Shown: positions 12,677 through 27,030 of the stretch, piece after piece
Numbering within the stretch: the first letter of the stretch is position 1
Layout: each line of letters starts with the position of its first letter
Origin: the human T2T-CHM13v2.0 reference genome, Homo sapiens
DNA length: 64,000 bases
NCBI RefSeq assembly: GCF_009914755.1
Contig: NC_060925.1
Reading direction: 5' to 3' (one strand)
The notes under the pieces: generated by a model
Told to the model about the DNA's origin: nothing
Seen by the model: the letters and a program-made list of their open reading frames with translations, nothing else
The model's database searches: none
Translations under genes and position numbers: made by a program

Positions 12677-13110
12677 AGTGTTCGTTTCCTAGAGCTGCTG
12701 GAACAAATTACTACAAACTGGGTAGTTTAAAGCAAAAATCTATTTTCTCACTGTTCTAGAGGCTAGAAGTCTGAAATCAAGATACGGGCGGGGCCCCTTT
12801 CTCTAAACCTTCAGAGAGGAATCCTTTCTTGCTTCTTCCTAGCGTCCGGTGGCTCCCAAGAATCCTTGGAGCTCCTGGGCCTGTGGCTGCATCACTCCAA
12901 CCTCTGCCTCTGTCTTCGCATAGCCTTCTTTGTGTATCTTTGTACCCAAACCTGCCTTTTTTTTCTTTATAGACACCACACTCCAATCCAGTATGACTTC
13001 ATCTTAACTTGATTGCATCTGCAAAGACCCTATTTCCAATTATGGTCACATTCACAGGGGACTAGGACTTCAGCCTATCTTTCTGGGGCACACAATTCAA
13101 CTTACTAGCA
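12677..13110 (-). mobile_element. MLT1 (MLT1B/C-like) MaLR solo LTR
   Basis: TTTCCTAGAGCTGCTGGAACAAATTACTACAAACTGGGTAGTTTAAA...TCTGCAAAGACCCTATTTCCAA...CACAATTCAAC. Confidence 0.8.
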
Positions 13111-14366
13111 TGATATTCTATGTAGGGCGACAGAAAATCCAGACTCAGACCCCACTTCTACCATTTTGTGGCCTTGCATACTGGCTTCTCAACTTAAAGG
13201 AGAAAGTAAGTAGGTAATTAAGCTTTGTTAAGTGACTGAAATGTGATGGAAGGGTATTGTGAAGTTGGTGGTATCTTTCTATTTTACAGATAAGGAGATT
13301 GATCCGGGAAGGGGCACAAAGGCTACCCAAGCATACGGCTGGTAAGAATGGTTTCCTGGAACATGAGTGGTGATGGGTTTCAGTCCATCTGGATTTCAAG
13401 TTTGATATAGTAAAAGCCTTATGATTTGATAAAATACCAGAGGGTTGATTCCTGGTCCGCAAGTGAATCAGAAGATGGGAGATTAAATAAATAAACTGTA
13501 GTTGAAACCAGAAACCAAGACTTGTACTGGCCTTGGGGAAATGATTTAGACTGCTAGAGCCCTGAGACAGGATGCACGACTATGTCATTACCTCTGGGCA
13601 GTGGTCAGTGCAGCACAAAGCCCTGCTCTGGACATGTGATGTGGACCTTGAAGGACAGGGCAGATTCAAATCTCTGCTCTATCTGCAACTGAAGTGGTCC
13701 ACAGCTGCAACCCTACAGTGCCTTGACTCAGACTGGGCATGAATAGGTTCCCATCTTGAATTGTCTGTGGGTGGTCAGCCTGTCCACCTGTCCTCTACAG
13801 TCTGAGACCCCTAGAGACTCCGTCTGCTGGGCATGCAGCACAGCCCACCTCCCAGGCACTGTCTGAATGTAAGCACTGTGCTAGGGATGCAGAGAAGGAA
13901 TGGGTTTTCCCACTCTGAGGAATTGGCCCTGTATCTGGGGTACATTCCCTCTTCTGAACCCTCTTGCCAGCCCCTTCTCAGGGGCCTAGCTCTCCAGCAG
14001 GTAAGGATTGATCTTCTTTTGCCCCGGCCCTCTCGTGGGGCCACAGCTGCAGCTGCCAACAGTTCTGGTCACAGCTCCAGGTGCAGGGGAAAGGAAAAAA
14101 GCGATTCTGTTTGCTCATTTAACAGCTTTGAATAGAGCCTTTCAGAAGGGCCTTTGCTTGGCTGGCTCTCTGGCGGCCAACAGAAACTGCTGCCAGGTAT
14201 ATCAACAGCCTTGGAGAAGTTGTCTATTCCAGCCTTTTCCTTTCAACAGGCCAGTCACCTAGAGAAGACTAAAGATGCCCCAGGGTTTGCTCCCTACCAT
14301 TTGGGCTGCACTGGATAGGGTCAAGGGACCACAGCTGGAGTCAGACTTCTACAGGGTCCCTTGGAT

Positions 14367-14652
14367 CAATGGCTCCCAAACTTGAATCTACCCAGGACCA
14401 CCCAGGGCAACAGGTTCTCAGACTGGAATTGCATCAGAATCACCTGAGGAGTTGTTAGTGCATTTCTAATAAGTTCTCAGGTGTGGCTGCTGCTGGGGTT
14501 CACACTTTAAGGACTACTGATCCAGGGAGTTATAAACCCAGAGTCTCAGGCCCTTATCCAGGAGATTCTTGGTTTGAACTGGATGGAGCCTAGGAATCTA
14601 TATGTTACCAAGCTTGCAGGTGATTCTGAAACACAAGGTTTAAGAAACCAGT
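14367..14652. mobile_element. MER5-family MITE containing a second, internally deleted MER5 (14408-14519)
   Basis: Two sets of MER5 hallmarks (GCATCAGAATCACCTG, GCATTTCTAATAAGTTCTCAGGTG, CAGGTGATTCTGA); inner copy flanked by ACCCAGGG / ATCCAGGG. Confidence 0.6.
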
Positions 14653-17439
14653 GCCTTTGATCTGCATTAAGTCAGTGTGTCCCAAACATACATTCAGGGG
14701 GTGGGCTTTGGGCCCATTTAGGGCAAGGGTAGTTATGTATATATAGACATCTCTGTACTTAGCAGCAAGCAGCAGGAAAGAAGTGTGAAATGAGAGTTTA
14801 TTGCTGAGTGAAAACTGGGATTGCCCCTAAGGTAGATGGAGCTTATGTGCTTTGCTTTTTTAGTAGGTGAGAAATCAGATGTAGCTGGGGGTTCTGGTTA
14901 CACTCTGGGACTTTGCTCAGCCTATCAGGGGATTATTTCCCCAACTTTGGACCATAAGTCAAATAAGAGTCCTGTACATTCTTCGCTCCTCAAAATTTCC
15001 CTCTTCCTAAAATGGATAGAGTAATGCAAGTCTTTGAGATTAGAAGGAAAAATGAATTTAAGTCATAATTAGCATCTTTGAGCTTCTTGCCATATTTGGG
15101 GCATAGCCTGGTGAAATGGGGCAAGGCGCGGGGGTGGGGGCGGGGAAAATGAGGGCAGTCCTTGCTAGAGGTCCCAGCTGCAGGGCCTGGGAGGGGTCCA
15201 AATGGAAAAAGCAGAGATGGCAAATAGGATTCAGTTCCCATGCTGGGTGTAATGGTTTGGTAGTGGCTGTCTGGAGCTCTGTGTCAAGGGGGATTTTAAG
15301 TCTTGCTTTAGCGGAAAAAAAACAGGAAAGAGTGATGTGATCGATTAAGAATGGCTACCATGGATATCTAATTGGGATCTTCTGTCCCTGGGCAAGAGCA
15401 GGAGGGGCCAGGAGAAGAAACAGCTTCCAGAAACGGGTTCAATGGATGGAGCCTTCACTATAAGGCTGGTGGAGAAGTCTAGGTCCTCATGGGATAAGGA
15501 ACTGGGGCTCAAGAGCAAAACAGAAAAAAGCCAGTTATCAGGCCTGGGGCTTGAAGTCAGAGGGGCATGAACAGCTAGGGGATGTGACGCACAGTCCCAG
15601 AGCACTGGGCTTGAGCACCTTCAATCCCACCTGCACAGGACCAGGATGGGGATGCATGGACTGTGCTGTGGCCCCGGTCACCTGGAATGGTGACCCGGCA
15701 AGGCTGCCTGCTGTGGCAGCCTATTCTGACTCATTCTGGAAAGAACACAGATTGGGTTCCTTGGGGCTCCAGAGTCCTGTTGGCAATGCTGACCTCTCCA
15801 CCCTAACCTCTTCTATCCAGCCTCTGCTGAGGGACTGGCCAGGCCTGGACAAGTCATTTGGGAAGTGTCTGCAATCAGAAGAAAAAGAAAATAGCAAGGA
15901 CCTGGGAGATCCATTAACTTTTCCACCCTGTGTCCTGACACCTGATTTTCCACTAGGGAAATTCATAGGATGCCTCTGCCTCCTTGACCTCTGTGGCCCT
16001 GGCTGGGCCTCCTGACTTTGTTGCTTCATCTCATCCTTCAGAAGATGACCTTGCATCAACTCAGGCAAAGCTTAACACCCAGGATTTCCCACCCCACCCT
16101 CCAACATCCTGTCCCTTGTGCAATCCCAGTTTCTGCTACAAGCCTGTGCACATTCCTATCTGAGGACAGAAGAGGTCGTGATGGGCTCACAATTAAGTTT
16201 CTGGAGCACCAGAGTGGAGCCAATTAGTACGCAAGGCCTAAACAAATCTTGTGCAGCAGGCTGGGGTTGACGATCTGGTCTTAGGGTTTTTGGGCTCTCA
16301 GCAGAACTGGCTAAGGAGAGGAAGCGATAAGGAGGCAGCTCCTTCCACCCTCCCACTCCCCTCAAATAACAGGACTACGGAAAGCAGCCTTTGACTGGTG
16401 CCCAAGACATACAAATCAACCCCCTAGCAGCATTTCATCTTCCCAGGTTGGCTGTCAGAGAAGCCTCTTATTTCTTCCCCAGGGTCCCAGGGCCTTTGTC
16501 ATTTTTCCTCTCCTGCTCACTGTGCAACCACCATTCTATCCCAGTACCAGCGAGAAGTGTTCTTTCCAGGTCCTTCTCCCTGGCTCCTCCACCTTCCAAA
16601 CCACGAGTACACAGGGTCCATTTAATGATGTCTCTATGTAGAAATAGACAAGAGAATAGGGAGTGTCCTCAGAGAACTTATAAACCCTTTGTACCAGGAG
16701 GAAAAGAGGAAGCAGGGCAGTGACTGACCTACAGTGACATGGGAGGCCAGTGATGCCTCCAGGTCTCACTCTTCTTGGGGGTACATCTGTTCCTCCTAAC
16801 AAGATTGTACATTCTTTGTGAGCAGGAACTATGTCCACACATCTTCAAAGATCCATAAGGTCTTGTAGCGTCTGGCACATAGTATGTGCTCAATAAATGT
16901 TTCGTTCCCTCATTCATTTTTTCCCACAAGATTTATTGAGTGCCTCTTATGTGCCAAGCATGGGGACTACAATGATAAACAGGGCTGTGGAGCCCTGATT
17001 TCAAGGAACAATGACTAGAGGAAGATGTGAACACCTACAATTGCAAAAGAAGATAAAAAGTCATGATAGACTCTGTTAGGGTGGAGAGTTATCTAAGGCT
17101 TCCCAGGGAGACTTGAAGGGTCAGTAGGACCTTGTCAGGTGTTAATGAAGAGAAATAATTATGGCAGACAAAGGGAACAGACTTTGCCATTCCTGGGAAG
17201 CATGGAGGCACCCGCGGGATGTTATTACTTAAGTGACCAGACTGAAATGCAAATGATAGAGGCCTTTCTTTCTCATAATCTCTTCTCTGAAACCCTTCAT
17301 TATCCTCCTCTTAGTGTGGAGGGGATTGGTGGTAGGTGGGAAAGAAGGAGCTCAGCTATCTTATCCTCCTCTCAGTTCTTCTTTAGACCACCTCTCCCCT
17401 TTCAACTCTCACACCTAATAAGAGAGGAGAAAGGGTGAC

Positions 17440-17690
17440 AGCGTGGCATAATGGTTAAGAGCAGAGACTTTGGAGTAAGACTTTCTGAGATCAAATTAGG
17501 CTTTGCTACTTACTAGCTATGTGATCTTAGAACACCCTCTCTGTGCCTCTGTTTCCTATTCTATATAATGAAGACAGCAGCAGAACCTACTTCGTAAGGT
17601 TACCGTGAGAAGGAAATAAGCCGTGTACAGCACACAGGAATAGCACCTGCACATCAGAAATGGTTAGTAAGTGCTAGCAATCTTTACTAA
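17440..17690 (+). mobile_element. MIR SINE
   Basis: GTGGCATAATGGTTAAGAGCAGAGACTTTGGAG...CTTACTAGCTATGTGATCTT...CTCTGTGCCTCTGTTTCC. Confidence 0.7.
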
Positions 17691-17785
17691 TCCCATTTCA
17701 ATTGCTAATGTTACAGAATTACGATACCTTGGGTTCTCTCCGGAGCATCTCTTATTTCAGACTCTGTAGAACTGGCTCCTGAAGC

Positions 17786-17955
17786 CAGTAGTTCTCAAAC
17801 TTTGGTGTGCATCTGGATTCCCTGTGGTGCCACTGAGGCAGCCAAGGAGACTCTGCCTCTGGAGATTCGCATTCAGTGGTTCTGCATAGGGGCCCAGGAG
17901 TCTGTAATTTTAACGGTCTCTCCAGGTCTTTCTCATTAACACCAAGGACTGCAGT
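17786..17955. mobile_element. MER5A-like hAT MITE
   Basis: CAGTAGTTCTCAAACTTTGGTGTGCATC...GGGGCCCAGGAGTCTGTAATTTTAAC. Confidence 0.6.
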
Positions 17956-18557
17956 GTTGGGCCATTTGTTTCCCTTTCAGATTTAGGGACTTGAAGATCT
18001 TGCCCTATCTCTCCTGTCCCTCAGGGCTGGATTAACTGAAGGACTTTGTTACCTTAGAGAAGCACACCTGGGAGAGGGATGTGAATGTATTTGCATCTTG
18101 TTAGCCATCAGGAAGGGACGTGGACAATCTGGTATAATGGAGAAGGGGTCAGTGCCAATGATGAAGATCCCCATAGGGGTGTGAGTAGGTGGGCAGGCAC
18201 AAATGCCCACATGTGCTTGACACCGCAACTCAGCTTCCAGCGCTCTAGCTACAGTGGAACTGAGGGAGGGCAGGGTGTAGAGAAGGGAGCTCCAGGCCAA
18301 ATTTCTTTGTCACTTTGGCAACACCTGCACCACCTTCTGGCCCAGGGCTTTGGCTGCCGTCTTTGCCCTCAGCCTCTGCCACAGGTCCACAGTCTTCCTT
18401 GTTCACCCCAGCAGGTTGCTTCCTGCATCATGCTGTCCACTGCACTGCTTCATGTCTCCTGGGCCACAGGGCTGTTTTTGTAGGCCTTTCATAATCTGCT
18501 CCTCCTCTCCAATTAGCCTTATACAAGTCAGTTCTGCTCTGCAAGTTGCTGAGGTTA

Positions 18558-19350
<793 letters not shown>

Positions 19351-19984
19351 TCACACAGCCGCTGGGGAAATAAACCCCCAAAATGCTGTTTGAGCAAGAT
19401 GGCCAAAAAATGGTACCCTTGCCGCCACACCCACTCTGCATCAGTCAATCCTGGCACTCAAGACCCAGAGAGGCTGCAAATGCTTCTCAATGGAGTGCCT
19501 GAGGGAGCCACCACCATGTTTGGGGATTGATGTGAAGGTAACACTTAGTGGGCATCCCCGTCTGGAAAAATAAGCGAAGCAGCTGAGCTTCACCACATAT
19601 TAAAAAACCAGCCCTAACAGATATCTGGTGAAGATATCTTCACCACAGGCAAAATAGGAAAGTAAGAAAGAGGCAGGGGTGAGCAGAGACTGGCTCCTCT
19701 TCTTCCTGGGAACACAGCTACCCTACATTTCCCAGCCTCCCTTGTGGCCATTTGACTGGGCTCCAGCCAATGGAATGTGAGGAGAAGCCACGGGCCTCTT
19801 CCAGGCCTGGTGCGTAAGTCTACCCCACACAGTCCTTTGCGATTTTCCTCTCCCACTTTGGGAGCCAGTGGATGAAGAGGGTGGAACCATAGAATAGAAG
19901 GAACCCAGATACAGATCACTGTTCAGAGGAGAGCTGCCTGCCAGTCAGGAAGACCCATTTTGGACTTTATGTGAGCAAAAAATA

Positions 19985-20155
19985 CCTTCTTTCCTTCCTT
20001 CCCTCCTTCCTTCCTTCCTTCTTTCTTTTCTCTCCTTCCTTCCTTCCTTTCTCTCTCTCTTTCTTTCTTTTCCTTCCTTTCTTCCTTCCTTTCTCCTTCC
20101 TTCCTTTCTCCCTTCCTTCCTTCCTTCCTTCCTTCCTTCCTCCCTTCCTTCTTTC
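19985..20155. repeat. (CCTT)n/(CTTT)n polypyrimidine microsatellite
   Basis: About 170 bp of C/T only on the + strand. Confidence 0.95.
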
Positions 20156-20157
20156 GA

Positions 20158-20303
<146 letters not shown>

Positions 20304-21493
20304 TAGGTTTATTATAGCAGTTAGTGTTATCTTAACTAACGCAAGGTGGAAGGGTAGGACTTGCAGAGGCCCATGGCTGAGAGACCTTGATTAAGGTTGG
20401 AGGGGGAACAATATGGCAGTCTTAGACCCCAGGGGGAAAGTCCTCTCTTGTCCTGGGGTCCAGGAAAAAGAAGAGGACTGGGGGCAGAGTGGAGGCATAG
20501 GCCATCCCAGAGTGGGGAGGAGAAAGGGAAGAAGGAAAGGGGACCCCTGGGGAGGCTGAGGCACAGACTCTAGGAGGGACTCTGCAGCTCTTCTACTGGC
20601 ACCTCCGGTCTCCTGAATGCCAACGCTGCTGACCACTCTCCTTCCTCTTCACCACCTCTCCACTTTGGCCCCCTTTTCCCTTCTGTATTTCCTCCCATTT
20701 TCTGCCAGTGGTAAGGAGGGCTTTACCACTTTTTTGGAGTAAGGTCAGAGAAGACCTTTAAGAAATGCCAGCTCACAGAGAGAAATAACATAAACTGGTT
20801 CAAATGTTAGCTGAAGAGAGGCAGCTGCCTTTCATATTTGTACCAACAAAGGTTAAGTAAATCAATCACCCTTCAGAGTTAGTTCTCAGGGGAGGGAAAG
20901 GAGGAGGAATTTGTGATCTGAGGCCAGCAGTCTTAGCTGAGAGTCTGGTGCATTTCAAGGGAGAGAAAACCTTTAGTTAAAAGCTATCTTAGTGGTAATC
21001 CAAAGGGAAATTGAGCCAAGTGAAGTGCAAAGTAATTTCTGACCTTGGGACAAAGGGAAGGCAAAACTACGCCAGCTCCCAGGCCTGAAGGGAACACTTA
21101 GTTGATTAATGCTGTGCCTGCAGGCTCTGTTCACTCTAATAAAATGATATTTAAAGGTGCAGGGTTTACCAAGCTGTGGTCTCTAAGGGAGCACAGAAGA
21201 TTTCTAGAAAGGGTTCCAGGGCCTTCACGGTATGCTCCGTGCTTGCGCCCGCCACCCCTCTTGTCTGTAGACTGTCACTGGGTACAGTGACAGTCTGCAG
21301 TGCTGTTTTGATTCCTCAGAACCTTTTATGAAGGACAACTTCCAAAGAATTAGACCCTGGAGCTCCCTTAAATACAAGCCAATGAAAATGGCATTTTTTC
21401 CCCCTAGAAATGCTCTGACCTTAAAAGGAATATTGGAGGCAGGAGGAAACAGAGGAAGCAAGAAGAATTTCCTGGAAGGTAATTATTGTAATA

Positions 21494-24114
21494 TAAGCAT
21501 ACTTCGGAGATATTGCAGGTTCCGTTCCAGACCACTGCAACAGTGAATATCTCAATCAAGTGAGTCACATGAATTTTTTGGTTCCCTAGTGCATATAAAA
21601 ATTATGTCTATACTATACTAGGGTCTATTAAGTGTGCAATAGCATTATGTCTAAAAAACATTGTACATACCTTAATTTAAAAATGCTTTATTGATAAAAA
21701 TGCTAATGAACATCTGAGGCTTCAGCAAGTCATAACCTTTTTGCAAGTGGAGGGTCTTGACTCATGTTGATGGCTGCTGACTGATCAGGGTGGTGGTCAC
21801 TGAAGACTGAAGTGGCTGTGGCAATTTCTTAAAATAAGATGACAATGAAGTTTGCCACATTGATTGACTCTTCCTTTCATGAAAGATTTCTCTGTAGCAT
21901 GTGATGCTGTTTGATAGCATTTTACCCAGAGTGGAACTTGTTTCAAAATTGGAGTCAATCTTCAGCTCTACTACTGCTTTATCAACTATGTTTATGTAAT
22001 ATTCTAAATCTTTTGTTGTCACTTCAACAATGTTCACAGCATCTTCACCAGGAGTAGATTTTATCTTAAGAAGCCACTTTCTTTGCTCATCCAGAAGCTA
22101 CAACTCCTCATCATGAGATTTCAGCAGTTCAGTTCCATCTTCAGGCCCTATTTTTAGTTCTCTTTAGTTCTCTTGCTATTTCCACGACATCTGCAATGAC
22201 TTCCTCAACTGAAGTCTTGAACCCCTCAAAGTAATCCATGAAGGTGAGAATAAACTTCTTCCAAATTCCTATTAATGTTGATATTTTGACCTTGATTGTT
22301 CTTAATGGCATCTAGAATGGTGAATCCCTTCCAGAAGGTTTTCAACTTACTTTGCCCAGATTCATCAGAGGAATCATTATCTATGGCAGCTATAGCCTTA
22401 CAAAATGTATTTCTTACATCATAAGACTTGAAAGTTGAAATTATTCCTTAATCCATGGGCTTCAGAATGGATGTTGTGTTAGCAGGCATGAAAACATTCA
22501 TCTCCTTGTGCGTCTCCATCAGAACTCTTGGGTGGCCAGGATTATTGTCAACGAGCAGTAATATTTTGAAAGGAATCTTTTTTTCTGAACAGTATGGCTC
22601 GATAGTGGACTTAAAATAGTTCATAAACCATATTGGAAACAGATGCGCTGTCATCCAGGCTTTGTTGCCCTATTTATAGAGCATAGGCAGAGTATATAGG
22701 GTCTCACTCTGCTGCCCAGGCTGGAGTGCAGTGGCAAAATCATAGTTCCCTACGGCCTTGAACCCTTGGTCCCAAGAAATCTTCCTGCTTTAGCCTCCAA
22801 AATAGCTGCAGCTACAGGTACACACCATCACACCTGGCTAATTTTTTTTTTTTTTAATTTTGTAGAGATGGGGTCTGGCTCTGTTGCCCAGGCTGGTCTT
22901 GAACACCTGGGCTCAAGTGATTCTCCCATCTCAGCTTCTCAAAGAGCTGGGATTACAGGCATGAGCCACTGCTCCTAGCCGCATAATTCCTTAGAGTTTT
23001 CAAAATGGTAAATGAGCATTGGCTACAACTTAAAGCCACCAGCTGCATTAGCCCCTAACATGAGAGTCAGCCTATCCTCTGAAACTTTGAAGCCAGGCAT
23101 TGACTTCTCCTCTCTAGCTATGAAAGTCTTAGATGGCATTTTCTTCTTTAAAGAAGCCTGTTTTATCTACATTGAAAAGCTGTTGTTTAGTGTAGTCACC
23201 TTCATAAGTTACCTTAGCTAGATCTTCTAGATAACTTGCTGTAGTGTCTACATCAGCATTTGTTGCTGCACCTTGTACTTTTATGTTATGGAGATGACTT
23301 CTTTCCTTAAACCTAATGAACCAACATCTGCTAGCTTCTGCAGCTTCCTGACCTCTCTCAGCCTCTTCTATGGGGTTGAAGAGAGTTAGGGCCTTGCTCT
23401 GAATTACGATTTGGCTCAAGGGAGTATTGTGGCTGGTTTGATCTATCCAGACCACTAAAACTTTCTATCAGGAGTAAGGCTGTTTTCTTTCTTATCATTC
23501 ATGTGTTCACTGGAATAGCACTTTTAATTTTCTTCAAGAGCTTTTCCTTTGCATTCAAAACTTGGCTGTTTGGCACAAGAGGCCTAGCATTCAGCCTATC
23601 TCAGCTTTGGACATACCTTCCTCACTAAGCTTAACAGTTTCTAGCTTTTCATGTAAAGTGAGAGACATGACTCTTTCACTTGAACACTTAGAGGCTATCC
23701 TAAGTTTATTAATTGGCTTAATTTCAATGTTGTGTGTCTTAGGGAATAGGGAGGCCCAAGGAGAAGAAGAGAGATGGGGGAAAGCTGGTGGGAGCAGTCA
23801 GAACACACACATTTATCCATTGAGTTTGCCATCTTACGTGGGTGCGGTTCATGATACTACAAAACAATTACAGTAGTAGCATCAGAGATCACTGATCACA
23901 GGTCACCATAACAGGCATAATAATAATAAAAATGTTCGAAATAATATGAGAATTACCAAGATGTGACACAGAGACAGGAAGTGGGCACATGCTGTTGGAA
24001 AGATGGCACCAATAGATTTGTTTGACACAGGGTCGTCACCGACCTTCAAGTTTTTTAAAAAGTCATGTCTGCAAAGTGCAATAAAGGAAAGTACAATAAA
24101 ATGAAGTATGACTG
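21494..24114 (-). mobile_element. Tigger1 (TcMar/pogo) DNA transposon, near full length, transposase decayed
   Basis: Both termini present (TAAGCATACTTCGGAGATATTGC and CAATAAAATGAAGTATGACTG). Minus-strand ORF fragments match pogo transposase motifs ([74 protein letters not shown]). Confidence 0.92.
22695..22980 (-). mobile_element. AluJ inserted in Tigger1, poly-A tail missing
   Basis: AGGGTCTCACTCTGCTGCCCAGGCTGG...GAGCCACTGCTCCTAGCC; no T-tract at the left end. Confidence 0.85.
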
Positions 24115-24209
24115 ACTATAAAACTTCAGATCTAAAACTATCTGAGAACTGGTAGCAACAGTATAATGTAGAGGAAAAAGCATGAGTTCTGGAATCCTGG
24201 AGTTATGAA

Positions 24210-24750
24210 TATATCTTTATTTCACCCTCCTTTAGGAAGAACAGATTTTTCTAGGTACACAATTTCAGGTTGAGAGGTTTGTTTTTTCTTTCTCTCAATA
24301 TGGTTCCACTTCCTTCGAGCTTCCGTTATTACTCTTGGGGATTATACAATAAATCTATGCCATTATTTTGCAGGTGATTTCTCTTTTCTGTCTTACTGGT
24401 TATAAGATCTCTTTGACTCTATTATTTTTCAGTTTTTCTGAAATGTGTCTAGTAACGAATTTAGTTTTGCTTATTCTGCTTGGTATATGTTGTATCCTCT
24501 ATCTATGGACTCATGTTTCTCCTCTGAGAAATTCTCTTCAAATATTCACTGTCTTCTCTCCTTCTGGAATTCTGATTAGATGTTTATTCAATTTCTCATT
24601 CTATCTTCCATTATTGCTTCATGCCTTTACGTATTCTGTTAGTCTTAATAATTTCTTCAGATTTCTCTTCGGGTTTACTAATTTTCTCTTCAGCTATATT
24701 TAATCTTCTACTTAAACTCTTTATTATGTTTTAAAATTCAAAAATTATTT
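24210..24750 (-). mobile_element. Ancient L1 (L1M-type) fragment splitting a MIR
   Basis: T-rich L1 antisense sequence; MIR pieces on both sides (24160-24205 and 24752-24915). Confidence 0.5.
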
Positions 24751-24899
24751 CATCATTTACTAGCTTTGTGGCCTTGGACAAGTGTCTCCACCTCTGTGTG
24801 CTATTTTTCTCACCTGTGGAATAGGATAATAATTATCCTTACATGATTGTGATGGAAATTAAGTATGTTGATACACAAAGCCAGTGATCCATGCTATTA

Positions 24900-25295
<396 letters not shown>

Positions 25296-27030
25296 CTAAC
25301 TCATCTCAGAGAACTAGGAGTCTTCTCTCAGAATCACCTGGAACAGACTTCACAAACACTTCAGAAAGCCTTTATCATATCTCACAACTCATAAAGAAGT
25401 AGACGTTTTCTGTTGGTTCTAACCCCATTATGCTACAACAGGATCTCATGTCTTTGTGTCTTCTTATCCTCAAAAGGAAGATGACCACGGCCCCTCTGTT
25501 CCCTCGCCTGTGTGCCAAATGGATCCACAGCTAGAGACAAGCTCCTTCCCTTTGAACGGTGGGAAGCAGGCCAAGATGTTTTAAAGACAGATGGCATCAG
25601 ATGCAGAGAAGCAAGGTTAGGCTTGATTCATCTAAACCTGTCCCCTTCAGAGCCCCCTCCCACACCCTTCCCCTGACAACTGAGTGATAAAATTCTGTCC
25701 CTGGATGAAGTCAACAATCCTTATCATGACAGAAAACTGCAAATATTTGGTGTTTTTCCATTGCACACAGGGCTTAAGGGAACATAGGGAATCTCAAAAC
25801 AGAAATGTGTTTGGGGGTGTGTGTATGTGTGTGTGTGTTCAATCCTTTCTTCAAAATATTTCAGCTCCTCTATTTTTAGAAGATGATGACATTCTCCCAG
25901 CATTTCAACCAGGTTTTCAGAAGTCACGAGGCTCAGTCCTGCACGCACACAATCACATCTGCCTATACAAAGACACAGAGAAACATACATAGCTACTCAC
26001 ACATAATTCCATACACGTTTAAATGCCCAGGCATCTAGAAAATGACCCTCACATATGCCCGTCTACACACATACATGTATACCTGCATCTGGGTTCACAA
26101 CAGACCACACCCTAACACATACATACACATACACACCACACTCTAACACATAATGTGAATAAATAGAAACTAGTAAATAGAGCTATTTCTGCAGTGCCCC
26201 TGGCATATACTCACATGAAGTGCATGTGCAAAGTACATCTGTGTGTGGTTAATTCACCATCAGATTTTAGGGTAGTAAAGGCAATCACCTATTTTCAGGG
26301 CATGTCAGAAATCTAGCTGAATTCCTAAACCTGCTAGATTCCCCATCTCCTTCTTCTGTCCTTGGCCCTCAAGTGAAATGACCTAACTTCAAATGGACTC
26401 AGGGGCTGGGGGGTTATTCCAGCTCAGAACAGGAGATCCTTGAACATGGACCCTTGAAAGGGCCCATGGAGGCTAGGCAATGTCTACTATGAAAAGAGAA
26501 ATAAATAGCTCCACCATTGGAAACAAGTGTCCAGAAAGCTGCAAGTTTATCCTGTACTATAGCCAATGAACAACCAGGTGGTGATCACATCCCCGGGGAA
26601 GCGGGGAGGGCGATGCAGGCACACATGGGGTCCTGTTGTAGGAGAGAGACCAGAGGGCAGGAAGGGAGGAAAATCTGAATCCATAAGCTTTCTCTTTATG
26701 CAAACCAGACTCATAAGTTTTATTTATTTCAGCTGGAACTCGGAGCACAGCTGCCTTATTTACTTACCTACTGGCTGCATTTCTGAGAACCAGTTTTATT
26801 CCTGTTCAAAGGAAGCCAGGCAGAGTTGGGAAAATATTTTCCTAGCCAGCTCCTTAGCACCACTGTCTGAGGGAAACCATCTGGCCAAGATGCCCTTCAA
26901 GTGAGTAAATGCAGTATTGCCCTCTCCCTGCACAGGGGAGGGGGCATGCACCAGACAGGGAAAATGGCAGGCTCCTGGGGTGGGCTGAAGCTGTGGTTCT
27001 TCCCACTGACCCTCCTGGGCCCCTGGAGTC

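Noticed and set aside
21762-23455. Transposase-like ORFs suggesting a TIGD-type domesticated gene
   Set aside because: Fragmented by stops, frameshifts and an Alu; ordinary decayed Tigger1
25960-26150. CA-rich tract
   Set aside because: Degenerate low-complexity sequence with no regular period
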